Below, piece after piece: positions 40,551-53,859 of a DNA stretch of 64,000 nucleotides; the first letter of the stretch is position 1; every line of letters begins with the position of its first letter. A program made the translations under genes and the position numbers. Source of the stretch: Lama guanicoe (lineage: Eukaryota); contig MU054212.1 of the NCBI GenBank assembly GCA_013239625.1, forward strand, positions 7,538,270 through 7,602,269, in the 5' to 3' direction. The notes under the pieces are model-generated. The model was not told where the DNA came from, did no database searches, and saw only the letters and a program-made list of their open reading frames with translations.

Positions 40551-41629
40551 TTATAGAACAACTCTCTAGACAGTGATGAAGCCAAAACCTGTTTCTGTGC
40601 TATCTATGCTCATAAGCTGCTTTTTCAAGGGCAGGAGGCATGTCCCTATGCTTGAGCTTTTCTCGTGCCAGCCAACTTGCTCATTTGGGTTACTATCTTC
40701 ATTGTGCCCCCTTGCACAGAAATGGCCCCATACACACCATTAAAATTGCTGTAATCCCTCCAGAGCTGGAAGAAAACAGAAACTTAGCCCCTTTATTTTA
40801 TAAGTTAGAAAACCGTGGCCAAAGCCCAAAAGAGGGTAAATGAATTGTTCGGAACTCTTGAACTTTAATTTAGCGTTGTTTTTTTCATACCACAATGGTT
40901 GCAAATTTTGCTCATTAGCCTCCTTATAAGTTGACAAGAATTCTGGGAATTTTTACATAACAAAGTAGCTGAAATACTGCGAGTTAAAATATCTCATTTA
41001 GCAGGAGAGACACTGAACCAAGAGATATTGATAAGAAGAACACGATAAAAATGAGGGCTAACTGAAGTATTAAGGTTAAGTGTCGTAGACCTGATAGAAA
41101 AGACTTTTCCTTTTTAATATTCAACATTGGGATGTAGAAATTCTGCCTGATATGTTATTTCTCTACAGTGTGTCCCTGGCAAGGAATATTCTATTCATAG
41201 TGAAAGCAAATCCTTTAAAGAGTGCAGTTTTAAAATTTTTCAGAAAAGTAACTTAAAAGTAATAGATGACTTTGGAAGAAAGCAAACAAAATAACTGAAA
41301 TTTTCATAAACTTCATTGAGAAGAAGACCTTCTATATATACGTACTGTGTCTTCTCTCTCCTTCAGCCCAGTCAAACCTTGGATAAGTTACACCGTGGAC
41401 TTCCAGAGACAGTGACATTTACAGGACGCACATGAAAGGATGCCTAAGTGACCACCATTCCTCCCTGTCAACACAGAGGCACTGGGGCAGGCAGAGGAAA
41501 TTACATCCATAATTATAATTAGGGCAGCGATAGAGCTGTGTTGATTGTTTTGCTTGTCCTTCTACGTGGAACATAAGCAGTGATTGGATAAGGGAGAAAG
41601 AACATTATCCAAAAGTTTACCACACGGCA

Positions 41630-41800
41630 AGCCCTTTACACCTATCAGCTCACTCATTTTACCGCACCATGGATATCATTATCTCCTTCTAAACAGGAGG
41701 GGGGAAAAGTAAATAATTTGCCCAAAGTGACACAGATAGGAAGTACTAGCTTGGAAATTTGAAACTGAGTTTGTCTGGCCTCTAGCCTGTTTTCTTTTCG
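41630..41800 (-). mobile_element. MIR fragment
   Basis: AAATAATTTGCCCAAAGTGACACAG...ATTTGAAACTGAGTTTGTCTGGCCTC. Confidence 0.6.
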
Positions 41801-44800
41801 CTTATAGCACATGCTCTCCACTTGGAATTAAATGAGTGTAACTGTTGACAGCTATGTATGTGAGTCATACATGTAAGCTTACTGTATCAGGCTACGAGCT
41901 GTGCACACGTGTGCGTGCGTGTGTGCATGCACACACATAGATAGATAGTTCTCTCCACTGAAAACACTGACTTTCCCTGGTAGTTCCCACATTTCCACTG
42001 GTTACTTTTATTTTACATGTAGCAAGAAAGAGCGTTGAAACTTCATCCTTGAATCGGACCCTAACTGAAGCAACCTTCCTGGAAGGGAAGCTATGCTTAG
42101 CTTGTGACAAAATACAAGAGATAGAAGACAATTAGAGAAGAGTTGTATGTTCCCCGCAGGTGAAGTTCAGGCAATAGCTGAGACGAGTTAAGGACTGGAA
42201 GACAACTTCTCGAATTAGTTTTTTTTCTTGTTACAGTGTTACAGTATCAATTTTGAAGTAACTTTCCAAATTGCTAAGCACACTAGCATTCCATTTTCAC
42301 TAGAAAGATATATTTAAGACCAAACATAAGTGACTTTGAATGACCCACACTTCTCCACTGTTAATGTAGATAATTAAGAGTTGACTATAGGCAAAAATAC
42401 TGACGGAAACACATTCAGTGCAACAGTAAAGGTTACAGATACATAGGGACAAGTGAAGAAAAAAACAAAAGACCTAAGCGACACTAGAATTCAACCATGA
42501 CTAAAAAAATTAATTATGCCTTCATTCCTAAAATGTGTCATTTTATGTGGATTTTTAAAGAGTTCATGGGTAATAGAATACACACCCTCCAATTTTATCT
42601 CTAGTCAGATCAGAGTGCAACAAAATTTAACTTGTATAATGACTAGATATTTCAAGGAATGATATACTGCAGATAGGTTAAAAACAAATAGCATTCAAAA
42701 GTTAATCCAGTATTAAAGGACCACCATTTCCTGCAGAGTGAAAACATAGAAAGATTGGCAAAAAAAGGCAAAAGTAAATAAAATGACCACTAAATCTATT
42801 GATAATATTATTAAGACAATATGACACATTTTAATGATTAGTTGATAAGTATGGTTTCTTGGCCATGGAGGATAAGGGAGAAAAAGAAAGTCAATAAACA
42901 TAATCATGCATGCTCTATGAGCTAATGTGTTAGAGGTAGAAAAAAGCTCAATCTCAATGGGAACTGTTATAATTGCAATAGGCATCTAGCTAATTCTCCA
43001 GTTCCAGCCAGTTCCAGCATTAGTATTAGAACTGAATTCTGACCCAAAAGGCTAGGGCCCTGATAGCACTAAACCGTTTCATTTCAAACTGCATTTAGTT
43101 TTATGCCCCATTACTTGAACATTTATGTTAATTTTTAACATTAGACTTAAATTCCTTGTAGAGTCATGTGCACAGTTTTGCAAATAATGCGGTTCTTTTT
43201 TTTTTTGTCTTTTTCTATGATGTATTATTACTCAAGAAAATGGAAAATGTTTTCTAACTAGGATTCAATGGAGAGATACCAGAAGGCAAACAGTGAGGCC
43301 AGGAGAAACCTTCATGATATTAGGGAAAGGTAAGAATACTTTAGATGCGAAACAAAAACTAAACTTGGGAACGAGACGGATCTTCAAATAGGACATTGTC
43401 AAGAGGGAAGGATGATGTTTCAGAACTTGTATGTTCAAAGTGGGTGTCCCCAACTCCAAAATGCAGAAAATGTCTTCAAAATGTTAATGCAAAAATGATG
43501 TATGTTGGAAATGTGTTTAACCAATTTATTCAAAGTGTTCAGCATGCATTGTGGCAATGGGTCAGATTCTCTGCATTTCATTTAGGAACACAGGGTGAGA
43601 GATTTGGGTCTATGTCATACCCCCATTTCAATTAAAGGTCTCTAATAAGCGCATTTCAAAGATTACATCATTTTAAATTGCTTTTGGCACCTAAAGAGAT
43701 TTGGCTGCCACCCCACTCCTGACAATGAAGCCACTTGGTTTTTGTTGGTTTGTTTGCATTTAACACAACTGAACTTATATATTCCTACCTTACAAAGCCC
43801 TACCAAGTTCAGTAGCTATTTCATGAAAATGAGTTCTCATAAGAGTACACAGTTAGTGATATTAGTAAATCAATATACAGTTTTTTTTTTCCTATTAGTA
43901 CCCAGAGATACAGCCCTGGCTTAGGAGACAGGCAAGATGACTACGTTCAGTAATATTAGTCTACATTAAAAATATCGCAAGAAGCTAGGTCATTGTCATT
44001 AGTCATGATAAGAATGTCTCCTGGGATATGTAAGTCAAAGGAAAGTTTATGTGGCAGAATTATGTAAGGAAACTTACAATAGTGCCTGCCCACAAACCAT
44101 GCAATTTGGAAACAGCCAAGAAACAAAACCATAGAGAAGGAGAGATAAATACAACATGTATTAGGGGTTATTATGCGACTACAAAGATTCAATATGACCC
44201 TGGAAATATAGCAAAATATAGTTATGGAAAAGAAGCTATTTCTTATGCTCAGTAGCTAATTTTCAAACATATGTACCTGTATTTGAAACTTTGAGCATTT
44301 CACACATTTTTCTGTATCTGAAAAAAAAATGGATCCAGACTGATATTGTGTATAAATATAGCTGAAAACAGTTAATAAAAGGTAGCCAAAAGCAAAGTTC
44401 AATAAGAATTCTAAAAAAAGGATATTATTCTGATTGCTGATAAAGTATTTCTGATGTACACTTTGCTCATACTGGAAAAGAATAATTTACTGTTCAATTT
44501 TCCTAGAAAGGATGAATTATCTACAGTAAGATGATTTCATAAAACGTTTAAATAAAAAACTAGATTAAGGTGTCTAGATCAAACAGTAAGTATAATTAGA
44601 AACTTTAGAAGTAATATATAACTCCATTTTGACAATATATATTTCAATATCTAACAGTTAATGAAATCTTTTTATTCATAATTTATAATAAAAACATTAT
44701 ATATTTTCCTTTTAAATGTTCAAGGGCATTAGGTCTATAAAAAATAACACATATTTTAAAATACTCTATACTGGAAAATTAAGAAATGGATATATTTCAG

Positions 44801-45289
44801 GACTAATGTATTTCATATAAGGTGATATAAGAAAAGTATATAAAATTTTCTTATCCATGTGACTATAAGTATTAAATAGAAATTTTTAATATGACTTGAA
44901 GGGGAAGGACTGTTAAAATAGTGGTAGTACAAAGTTTATATGTTCCAGTATATAATTCATAGATGATGATTTGAATATAGATTATGTACTGAATATATAA
45001 CAATCTTCCCATTTGTGGGCATTTGACTGGGACTACCACATTTTACGCATATTTAAAGAAAAGAAAATGATAAAGCTAGAAAGAGATTTAAACTATATGC
45101 AATAAACTCAGTGATATGACCAAAACAGAATCAGTAATAATAATAAAATGCTGGGTGTGACCATGATATGGTCTAATTTATGTTGAAGATAGAATATTCA
45201 TAATTATTTAACCCATTTTTAAACAAGCATATAATATCAAAATTCAAAATGCATGCCTTTTCTTTCCTTTTTTCTTTTTTTTAACTTAC

Positions 45290-45439
45290 CGCTTTGTAAG
45301 TTCTCTTTTGTCCGGCGTGTTTCCGAATCTGTTCTCCATTCGGCCCTGTTTCCACGTGCATCGAATAGATAATGTCAAAGAAATCTTCGACCACAGCTAC
45401 CCGCCGCAAAGACAGCTTCTCGTCCACCCCTATGCCATC
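45290..45439 (-). CDS. NOL4: NOL4 coding exon 2 (150 nt, phase 0-0): DGIGVDEKLSLRRVAVVEDFFDIIYSMHVETGPNGEQIRKHAGQKRTYKA
   Basis: Acceptor TTTTGTTTCCAG|GAT, donor GCG|GTAAGT. Lies within ORF 45281..45469; peptide recognised as NOL4. Confidence 0.95.
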
Positions 45440-46009
45440 CTGGAAACAAAACAGTTCAGAAAGGTACAAGATAAATACACAAGTAAGTATTTAATACATA
45501 AAGTTACCACATCAAGTTTTTCAGACAATATTCTGATAAACTGAACCAAGCCATCTAGATAGGAAACGTCAAAGATTCCTGATGGATCGCATTATTTTAT
45601 ACATTGTTTACATATAAAACGTTAAGAAACATGAAAAACAGTATTTGGCATAGTTAATCATGCTTACCCACTAATTTCATCTTTTACATTTTATAATGAC
45701 TTTCTTGTAGCCATAAGTATAACTTTCTTAAATTATTCTAAAATATACTTGTAATTTTTTATTGCAATAATTTCTTCTACATAGTGATTCATTTATCCAA
45801 TAAACATCAATTGTGTTGCTGGGGCACTGGACTCTTTTATTAGAGAAATGAAAGAAATAATATGAAATTTCTACCTTGGATATCATACAATCTAGGAAAT
45901 AAAATTCAACTACTGTGCTATCAGTATAAGACTAAGGGACAGGATGGGGCAAAGGTCAAAAATGTGACCTGAAGATTATCTAGGTGTGATCTTTGGGCCA
46001 TCCACTCAG

Positions 46010-46185
46010 AAGTTCTGCGTTTTGGGCAATCACTTAAACCTCTCTAAATTTGTTTTTTCAACTATAAAATAGGGGTAATAGGCCCTACTTCACAGAACTG
46101 TAATAGTGGAACGAAATAATGTATGTAAATGATATATATATAACCCAATGTTTGGCATAGAGTGAACAGTCAATAAATAGTGACT
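46010..46185 (+). mobile_element. MIR fragment
   Basis: TTGGGCAATCACTTAAACCTCTCT...TAAAATAGGGGTAATA...TGGCATAGAGTGAACAGTCAATAAAT. Confidence 0.7.
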
Positions 46186-47227
46186 TTTGCCATGTTGATG
46201 ATCATGATAAAAATGGAAGTCAAGTACTATGGGAGTCAGAGATCAAAGATATCACTTCCTGCTGAAGTAGCTTCATGGCACAAATGGAATTTGACATGGG
46301 TGAGATTTGAAGGAGGGGATGTCATAAGCCAAGAGCCGGAAGTTCCCAGACATGATTGAGAAGAATAAATAACACTTTTGGAACAAGATAAGAAAGAAAT
46401 TCAATCTTAGATGGCTGCAACATGAGTGAATACACTACTGCTGAGTGGAGGATCCAAAGTTCACACCCAGATAATCTCAAGAGCTCGGATTTTTAACCTT
46501 TAACACATGGGTCCCTTAGTCCAATACTGACAACATGGTAGATGCAGTTTCCTTTTTGAAATGAAAACTTTTCCTACTTGCAAGCGCGCACACACATACA
46601 CACTCACACAGTGTCCTTATTCAGACCTGGGGGCATAACTTAGAGCAACGTGCCACAGCCTTCAATGCTGGCATTCAACATAAGAAGGTGATTAATCTGA
46701 GCAAAATCATTATGTAGTCAGTGAGTCAAATGGCAAAAGCCTTTCTGAATAGCAGCCCCAGAAGATTGAGCTCACTGCAAAAATGAAAACAAATCACATG
46801 ATGATTTTTGTTAGTTTGATTTTTATTTTATTTTTCTGATTTACAACAGGCCTCAGAAGTAGCAGTGTTTAAAGCAGCATATTAAAATAACTATGTGTAT
46901 GTGTGTGAATTTTTATGTGAGGTCAACAGCCAGGCGTTCCACCTTGGTTAAATCTGAAGGGCTCCCTCATACATTATCTGTGATGCATGTGGTTCCTCAG
47001 TAGGTTTCAGATCTTTTTGACCTCTCCTTTAATATCTTGAGGCATCTCTTCTTCTCTACCCGGCCCCATGGATAATCCTTCATTGCCTGTGCTGCAAGAC
47101 CGATCTGTAGTGACAGTTCAGGGAAGTTGCAAGAAACACAGCAGCCCGCAGCCTGGAAATGTCCTGCCCCTTAGAGGATAGCGCCAGGGAAGCACCATTT
47201 CAGATGTCCACCCTCCAGCTCTGGAAA

Positions 47228-49655
47228 GGATTACCCTTATAGCAAAACCAAATGCATCACAAGGGGAAAAAAAAAAAAAAACTACAGACCAATGTGTTTT
47301 TTGAATATAAATGTAAAAATCTTCAACAAAATACTAACAAATAAAATTCAATAATATATATAAGTTATTGTGCACCACAGCCAAGTAGGGTAATCCCAGG
47401 TTGGGTTAACATAAGGAAATGAATTAATGTGCAAGACCATATTAATAGAATAGAAGGCAGAAAGCATGTGATCACCTCCACAGATGCAGAAAAATATTTG
47501 ACTAAAGTAACATACTTTTCTGACCAAAACTTAGAAAATGGGGTAGAAAGGAATCCTCAGTCTGATAAAGGACTTCTATAAAAACCCCACAACTAATGTC
47601 TTATTTAATGGAGAACGACCGAATGCTTTCCCTCTAAAACAGGGGCAAGACAAGAATTTCTGCTCTCGCCATTTCTATTTAACACTGTACTGGAGGTCCT
47701 AGTGGCAGCAATCAGGCAAGAAAAAGGCAGAAACAGCACGTAGATTGGAAAAACAGAAGTAAAGCTATCTCTATTTGCAGAGGACAAAAATCTTGTATGT
47801 AAAAAAATCCTAAGGAAGCCACCAAACAAAACCCTGTGAGAACTAACAACTGAATTTTGCAAAGTTAAGATTCAAAATCAATATACAAAAATCAATTGTA
47901 TTTCTGTTCATTAGCAATGAACAACCCAAAAGCAAAGGAGGAAAAGTAATTTTATTTATAATGGCATCCAAAAGACTAGAATACTAGGTATAAATTTAAT
48001 TTTAACAAAGTTATAGTTAACAAAGGATGTGCAAAACTTGTACATTGGTAGCTACAAATTATTGCTGTAAGAAATTTAAAAGGATCTAAATAAATGCAAA
48101 GACATCCTATGTTCATGGATCAGAAGGTTTAATATTTTTAAGATGGCAATACTCCAAAAAATTATTTGCAGATTCAATGCAACTCTGTTAAAAAGCTACC
48201 TAGTTTTTTTTTTTGCAGAAGTTGACAAGTTAAAATTTATACGTAAATGCAAAGTACTGTGAATAACCAAAATAAAATTTTAAAACAAGAAATTCAGAGG
48301 TCTCACATTTCTTGATTTCAAAATTTATTATAAATCTAAAGTAATAAACATAGCATGGCACTGGCATGAGAACAGATCAACGGGATAGCACTGAGATTCC
48401 AGAGATAAATCCTTTTACTTATTTTCAATCCATTTCCAACAGGAGTGTCAAGATAATGCTACAAGTGAAAAACAGTCTTTTCAACAAATGATGCTGAGAC
48501 AATTGGACACTCAATGCACAAGAATGAGGTAGAATGCCTGTATCACACCATGAAAATTAAATCAAAAAGGATCATAGATCTAAACATAAGAGCTAAAACT
48601 TTAAATTCTTACAAGAAAATGGGAGGAAATGCTTTTAACCTTTGGTAAGGCAAGGCCTTTTTAGTTATGATACCAAAAGCAAAAGCTATGAGAAAAACTG
48701 ATACACTGAGCTCCATTAAAATTTAAAAATCCATGCTGCAAATGACATAATCAAAAAAGGAAAATGACAACCCACAAAAATGGGAGAAAATAGTTGAAAA
48801 TCATACATCTAATAAGAGAATTTCATCTGCAATACATGAAAACACAACCCAATAACAGAAAGACAAATAACCCAGTTAAGAAATTAGTAACAAATTTGGA
48901 CAGACATTTCTTAGAGAAGATTTTGAAATGGCATAAAAGCACAAGAAAGGATGCTTAATATCTTTAGGAATCAGGGAAATGTAAATCAAAACTTCAGTAA
49001 GACACTACCTCACATCCCCTAGGATGGTTATAATCAAAAACAGTTAAGTATCAGCTGACGATTTGGGGAAATTAGAACTGTCATGCGTTGCTAATGCGAA
49101 TGCAAAATGATGCCATTGCTTTGGAAAGCTTGACAGTAACTTGGAAAGTTAAACACAGACCTACCAGATGACTCAGCAAGCTCACACCTAAGTATATAGT
49201 CAAGAGAAATGAAAACATACATTCACATAAAATCCGCAATACAGCAGCATGTTCCTAATAGCCCAAAAAGTGGAAACAATTTCGATGTTCCTGAACTGAT
49301 GAATATTTATATATATATAAGCAAAGTGTGCTTATACAAAAAATAACCATATGAAGAAATAACAAGAGATGAAATACTGATTCATGCCATGCCATGGATG
49401 AACCTGGAAGACACCAAGCTAAGTAAAAGAAGCCAGACACAAAAGCACACACGCTATATGATTCCTTTCATACAAAATACACCGAAGAGGCGAATTTACA
49501 TAGGCACAAATTATTGGCTGCTTAGGACTTGGGAGGAGGCGAGAATGAGGATGGACTGCTAATGGGTAGAAGTGTCTTTTTTTTAGAAGGGACAAAAATG
49601 TTCTAAAATTAGGTGATGATGAAGTTTTTATATCCTATGAATATGCTAAAAACAC
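47228..49655 (+). mobile_element. Old 5'-truncated L1 (degenerate ORF2 RT and C-terminus plus 3' UTR; L1MB-like)
   Basis: AACTACAGACCAAT (NYRPI), AAAATCTTCAACAAAATACTA (KILNKIL-like), CTATTTGCAGAGGAC (LFADD-like), TGTTCATGGATC (CSWI); many stops and frameshifts. Confidence 0.92.
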
Positions 49656-49659
49656 CTCC

Positions 49660-50300
49660 CCAAAGATGACAACTACCTCAACTTCTCAATATAGATTAAT
49701 GTTGCCTATCTTGTTACAACATTACGTTTGTGGGATTCATACACTTTGTAATGTGTAGCAGTACTTTTTACGTATTACTGCCACATCGTATCCCACTACA
49801 GAACATGCCATAGTTTATTTAATCATGGTCCCCAAGCATTTGTGTTTTTTCCAGTTTTCAGCTATTAAAAACAATACTGCTGTAACAGTTCCCTTCATGG
49901 TTTTGTACTGTTTTGTTTTGGTTTTGGTGCACCCATCACTCATCTCTTTTTGTCTAAACCCAAGGAGTAGAATTCCTCCATAGGGTATTTGTATGGTCAA
50001 CTTCTGGAGATCATGCCAAGCAGCTGTATTAATTTCCTGTCACTTGGAAATGTCATTCTTTTTCACTGGAGCCATTCTGGTAGGTATGATTTTCGTTTCT
50101 CTGATGACTTCTTAGTGCTTTTAATTTTCATTTCCCTGATGACGAATGGAACTGAGGATCCTTTCTTTCATTTATTAGTCAATTGGAGAGCACTTTTGTT
50201 GAGTATCTCTCCTAGTCACTTGCTCAGTTTTTTTTTATTGGGTGGTCTGTCTTTTTAATTTATAGTTCTACCTACAGTCTGAATATGAATCCTTTGCCAA
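49660..50300 (-). mobile_element. Very old L1 (L1ME-like) fragment, tail-to-tail with the previous L1
   Basis: TTCCAGTTTTCAGCTATTA...GGAGTAGAATT...TTAATTTTCATTTCCCTGATGAC. Confidence 0.7.
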
Positions 50301-51169
50301 TTTGTAACTTTCTTCTCAGTGAACCACCTTTGAATTTTTTTACTGAAAGAGTGAAATGAGTAACTGCATACTTTGAGAAAAATTATCTGCCATGAATTTT
50401 AAAAGTTGAGAGGAGATATTTTGAAAAGATAATATATACATATTCCTGCAGAAAGGTAATAGGGGCCTAGTTTAGACAGAGGGCTGTAATAATAGAAAAG
50501 AAAGGAAAATGATGAAAATGATACTTTATAAAGGATTAATCCATCCATTTATTTATTCAATACTGAGAAGCCTTGATAGCTGATGTGGAAAATTATGGAA
50601 TGTAGGAAATTCATGAAGAATAGTGATTACTTGAAAAAACAAAGGCGATCAATATTGGCAGATGAGAATTTAGGAAAATTAAAGTTTGGAATTACTGAGG
50701 AGCCTTTATTATGGAATCAGCAAGGCCAAAAAAAAATCAACTAGCAGCAAGATTCAATTTTTCCAACTTAAAGACATTCTATCATCCTCGCCATGATTTG
50801 AACTCCATATTCATTTTTCTTGCAGTTCTCTCAAACAAGAAAAAAAAAGGCAAAACATAGGCTTAAAAATGAGAATGGAGAAGAAAACTCATTTCTCATA
50901 GACAATTTTCCTAAGAAGGGATATCTGAGGGGCAGCCCTAGGGTCAGTCTGTCAAAACATCTCCCACTTCCTCCCACCTTCAAGATTAGCCATAATGCCC
51001 TGCCTCTTCAGATTATTACTTACTAATAGGTTAAAAATAAAGGCTGCAGAACTTTCCCCAATGGGTACGTTAAAATGTTTATCAGAGTGAGATCTCAGGT
51101 CACCAACACCACCATCTAACATTTACGAGCATGTATTTTTCACTGTAGCCATTCTGCTCAGTGCGGAAT

Positions 51170-51870
51170 TACCACTGAAAATAGCTACTATTTGTTCCCT
51201 TTTCTCCCTCTCCGCTTCCACACCCCTGCTGTCACTAATCTGGAACACTTCTCCAGTCTTTAATTTCCTCTCCACCTCCAAACTGTCACCCTCTCCAATT
51301 CATTCTCCACCCGATGGCCAGAATGATCTTTGAAAATCATAAAACAGTTCATGTCACTCTTCTTGAAAACATTCAGCGGCTGCTCCCTGCACTTGAGATA
51401 AAATGCACACTCTACATCAGGACCCATAAAGTCCTATAAAATCTGTCCCCTGCCTCCCCGTCCACTCTCACTGCATCCCGCTTCTCCCTTCCCACCAGGC
51501 AGATTGGCTTTCACGCCAATTCCTTGAACACAACAAGAGCTTCTCCACTTCCAGACCATTGCGAGGCTCTGCTCTCTACCTGGCCTTTTCTTTCTCCAGC
51601 AACTTGAATGTTTGGCTTCTTTTCCTCCCTCATCTCAGCTTAATACACAGAACTTTGCTTTGATCATCCCATCTAAAGTGCTCCTCCCAATGTATTCTTT
51701 GTCATATAGCACCCCCACCTCCCTCTGTAGTAGATTTTCTCAAAAGCTGTAATTTGATCACTCAGCTGTAAGTGTAGCCACCTGTCTTTCCCACTAGAAT
51801 TAAGCTTCGTGACAATGTTTGCCTGGCACACGCTAGGCAATTAGAAATCTGATTAGATGAATGTAAGAAT
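51170..51870 (+). mobile_element. L2 3' region
   Basis: CAATTCATTCTCCAC..GCCAGAATGATCTTT...CATGTCACTC...CCCACTAGAAT..AAGCT...GCCTGGCACAC. Confidence 0.7.
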
Positions 51871-51874
51871 CAGT

Positions 51875-52410
51875 CAGTGGCTCTCCTGGTTCTTATCCTG
51901 GGTAAGCAGGGAGATAGTAAGGTCACTATCTGAGATATGAAATACAGTAGGAAAAGCAAGTTTTGGAGAAGAACATACTTCACTTCAGTAAGATATAGGT
52001 TGAATTTGAGATGCCTACAGGTGAGACACGTAGAAATGTCCATGAAGTAGCCAGAAATAGGGCCCCAGCATGCAGAGAAAAGCCTGCACAGACTTAGAAG
52101 ACAAGACAATAATAGGACAGGTGAAGCCACAGGTGTAAACACGAAGGCCCAGGAAGATACGCAGGATGGATAAAGCACAAGACCAACAAGTAATAGAAGA
52201 AAAAAGAAAAGGAAAAAGTTAAAGACTGAGAAAGAGCCTTCAAGGATGTCAGAGACAGATCAGGAGAAGATGGGGAGAGAGTTTCAAGGAAAATGAGAGG
52301 TTAGATCAAGTGGGTCCAATTCTTAGGAGAACATAAGTAGGATGACAATGAAAAGGGGGAATCAGATTTACGGTTTAGGAAACCCTGGTGACCTTTGGGA
52401 GAGGTTGCAA
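51875..52410 (-). mobile_element. L2 internal fragment
   Basis: GTTGAATTTGAGATGCCT...GAAATGTCC...CTGGTGACCTTTGGGAGAG. Confidence 0.6.
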
Positions 52411-53784
52411 CCAAGCAGACTTGGACACCGAAGACAAAAGTGTTTCAAATCCGTAGCTTCGGCTAGGGCTTGGAATATATAAAAATCTTTTAGTGGCTTT
52501 GAAAACCCTGTGACACAGGAAGTGTGATAAAACAAAATCATTAAGTGTCTCACCTATCAGCTTTAGGAAAGAAACAGTTACCCTGACTTGTGGGGATTTT
52601 CTAAAGAGGTACCATTAAAGTCCATTGAAAAGGCTGGTCTATTCAAAACTGCAGAACTATGTAAGGAAACTCATGATTATCAGTAGCAAAAGCCACCAGG
52701 GTGCTTTCAGAGAATGAAAGCTGTACCATATACACATTAAACAGGACAGAAATTTGAGAGGCAAGAGGTTGTGGCCAACAGCAGTTCACAGAGCCTGCCA
52801 GGCTGTGCGTGTGGCTGGCAATTCAAGATCACAGATGCCTCAGTGTGCTCTAATCAGGGAGAGTCCTTATTGCTAAGTGCATTCATGCTGGTAGCCAGTA
52901 GAGATGCATCCATGCACTAAAATTTGAACCTGAGCAGAGTTAAAGTCTTCTAGAGTATTTAATTTACCACCCATTCGCTAGTTCAAAGGCAGACCCATGC
53001 TAAAATAACCTCCTTTGCAAAGCCAAAAATTGAGCTCAAACATGGATGGACTAGAGCCCAGAAAAGAAAGATTTTAGCACTGGAATGGCATAAAGAACCG
53101 GAAAAAAAGAAAGAAAAAAAAAAGGCAAGGGGCTTCTAAACAGCCCATTCTTTCTCTAGTATGTCCCCAGATATTCTGGAACTTAATTATTCCTTCATTT
53201 GCCCAAAAGTAGTTAATTTCAGTAAGAGGACATCCCTATAAATATTATCCATACCCTATAAACGGAAACTAAATTTCATGTAGCTAGTGCAATTAAAAAA
53301 ACAAAAACAGAAACAAAAAACAGCTTAAAATCCCTGTTGATAATTAGGTTTGGCCCAGGACAGTGAACTGTGGAACTAAATAAGCCGTTAAGAAGAGGTG
53401 CGTGGCAGACACAGCATAAAGAGCCGATTTTTCATCCTCCAGATCAGTTACTGTGAAAGACGCCGAGGTATAAAATTCTGGGGGGCAAGTTGAATAAAGA
53501 AAGGCGTGGTGGAGGAACCCGGGGCAAATTGCGGATGTCTGCCCTCGTTTCCTGCTTGAGGGAGGCAAGCAGTGGCAGCTGCTGGGTTAGACTTCCCGGT
53601 AGAGACGGCTGGGGCAAAAGAGGGCTCTGGTTTCTGTTTCTTTCGCTCAGGCAGCAACAGCTGCAGCAGCCGGTACAGGTGACGGTGCCCTGGCGGTCTC
53701 TGCGGCAACGCTGGAGAGGGTGGAGGTGACAGGCGCCCTCCGTCCAGCAAACCTCCGCCGCGCCTCGCCCGACCGCGTACTCAC

Positions 53785-53859
53785 TCCCTCCCGGCTGGTC
53801 CTCCAGCCACGCACGCTCCTCGAGGGGGAGCCGCGCTCCAGCCGCCCCCTGGCGTCCAT
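53785..53859 (-). CDS. Candidate alternative first coding exon of NOL4: MDARGRLERGSPSRSVRGWRTSREG
   Basis: ATG at 53859 in GAG-ATG-G Kozak context; in-frame TAG upstream (53917-53919); 75 nt to a GGA|GTGAGT donor; phase 0 matches exon 2. No transcript evidence available. Confidence 0.4.
53841..53858 (-). promoter_or_regulatory. CTCF-like motif TGGACGCCAGGGGGCGGC
   Basis: 13/14 match to the core CCRSYAGRKGGCRS. Confidence 0.55.

Noticed and set aside
47176..47185. REST/NRSE site (GGATAGCGCC)
   Set aside because: Only a right half-site; no TCAGCACC left half at a valid spacing.
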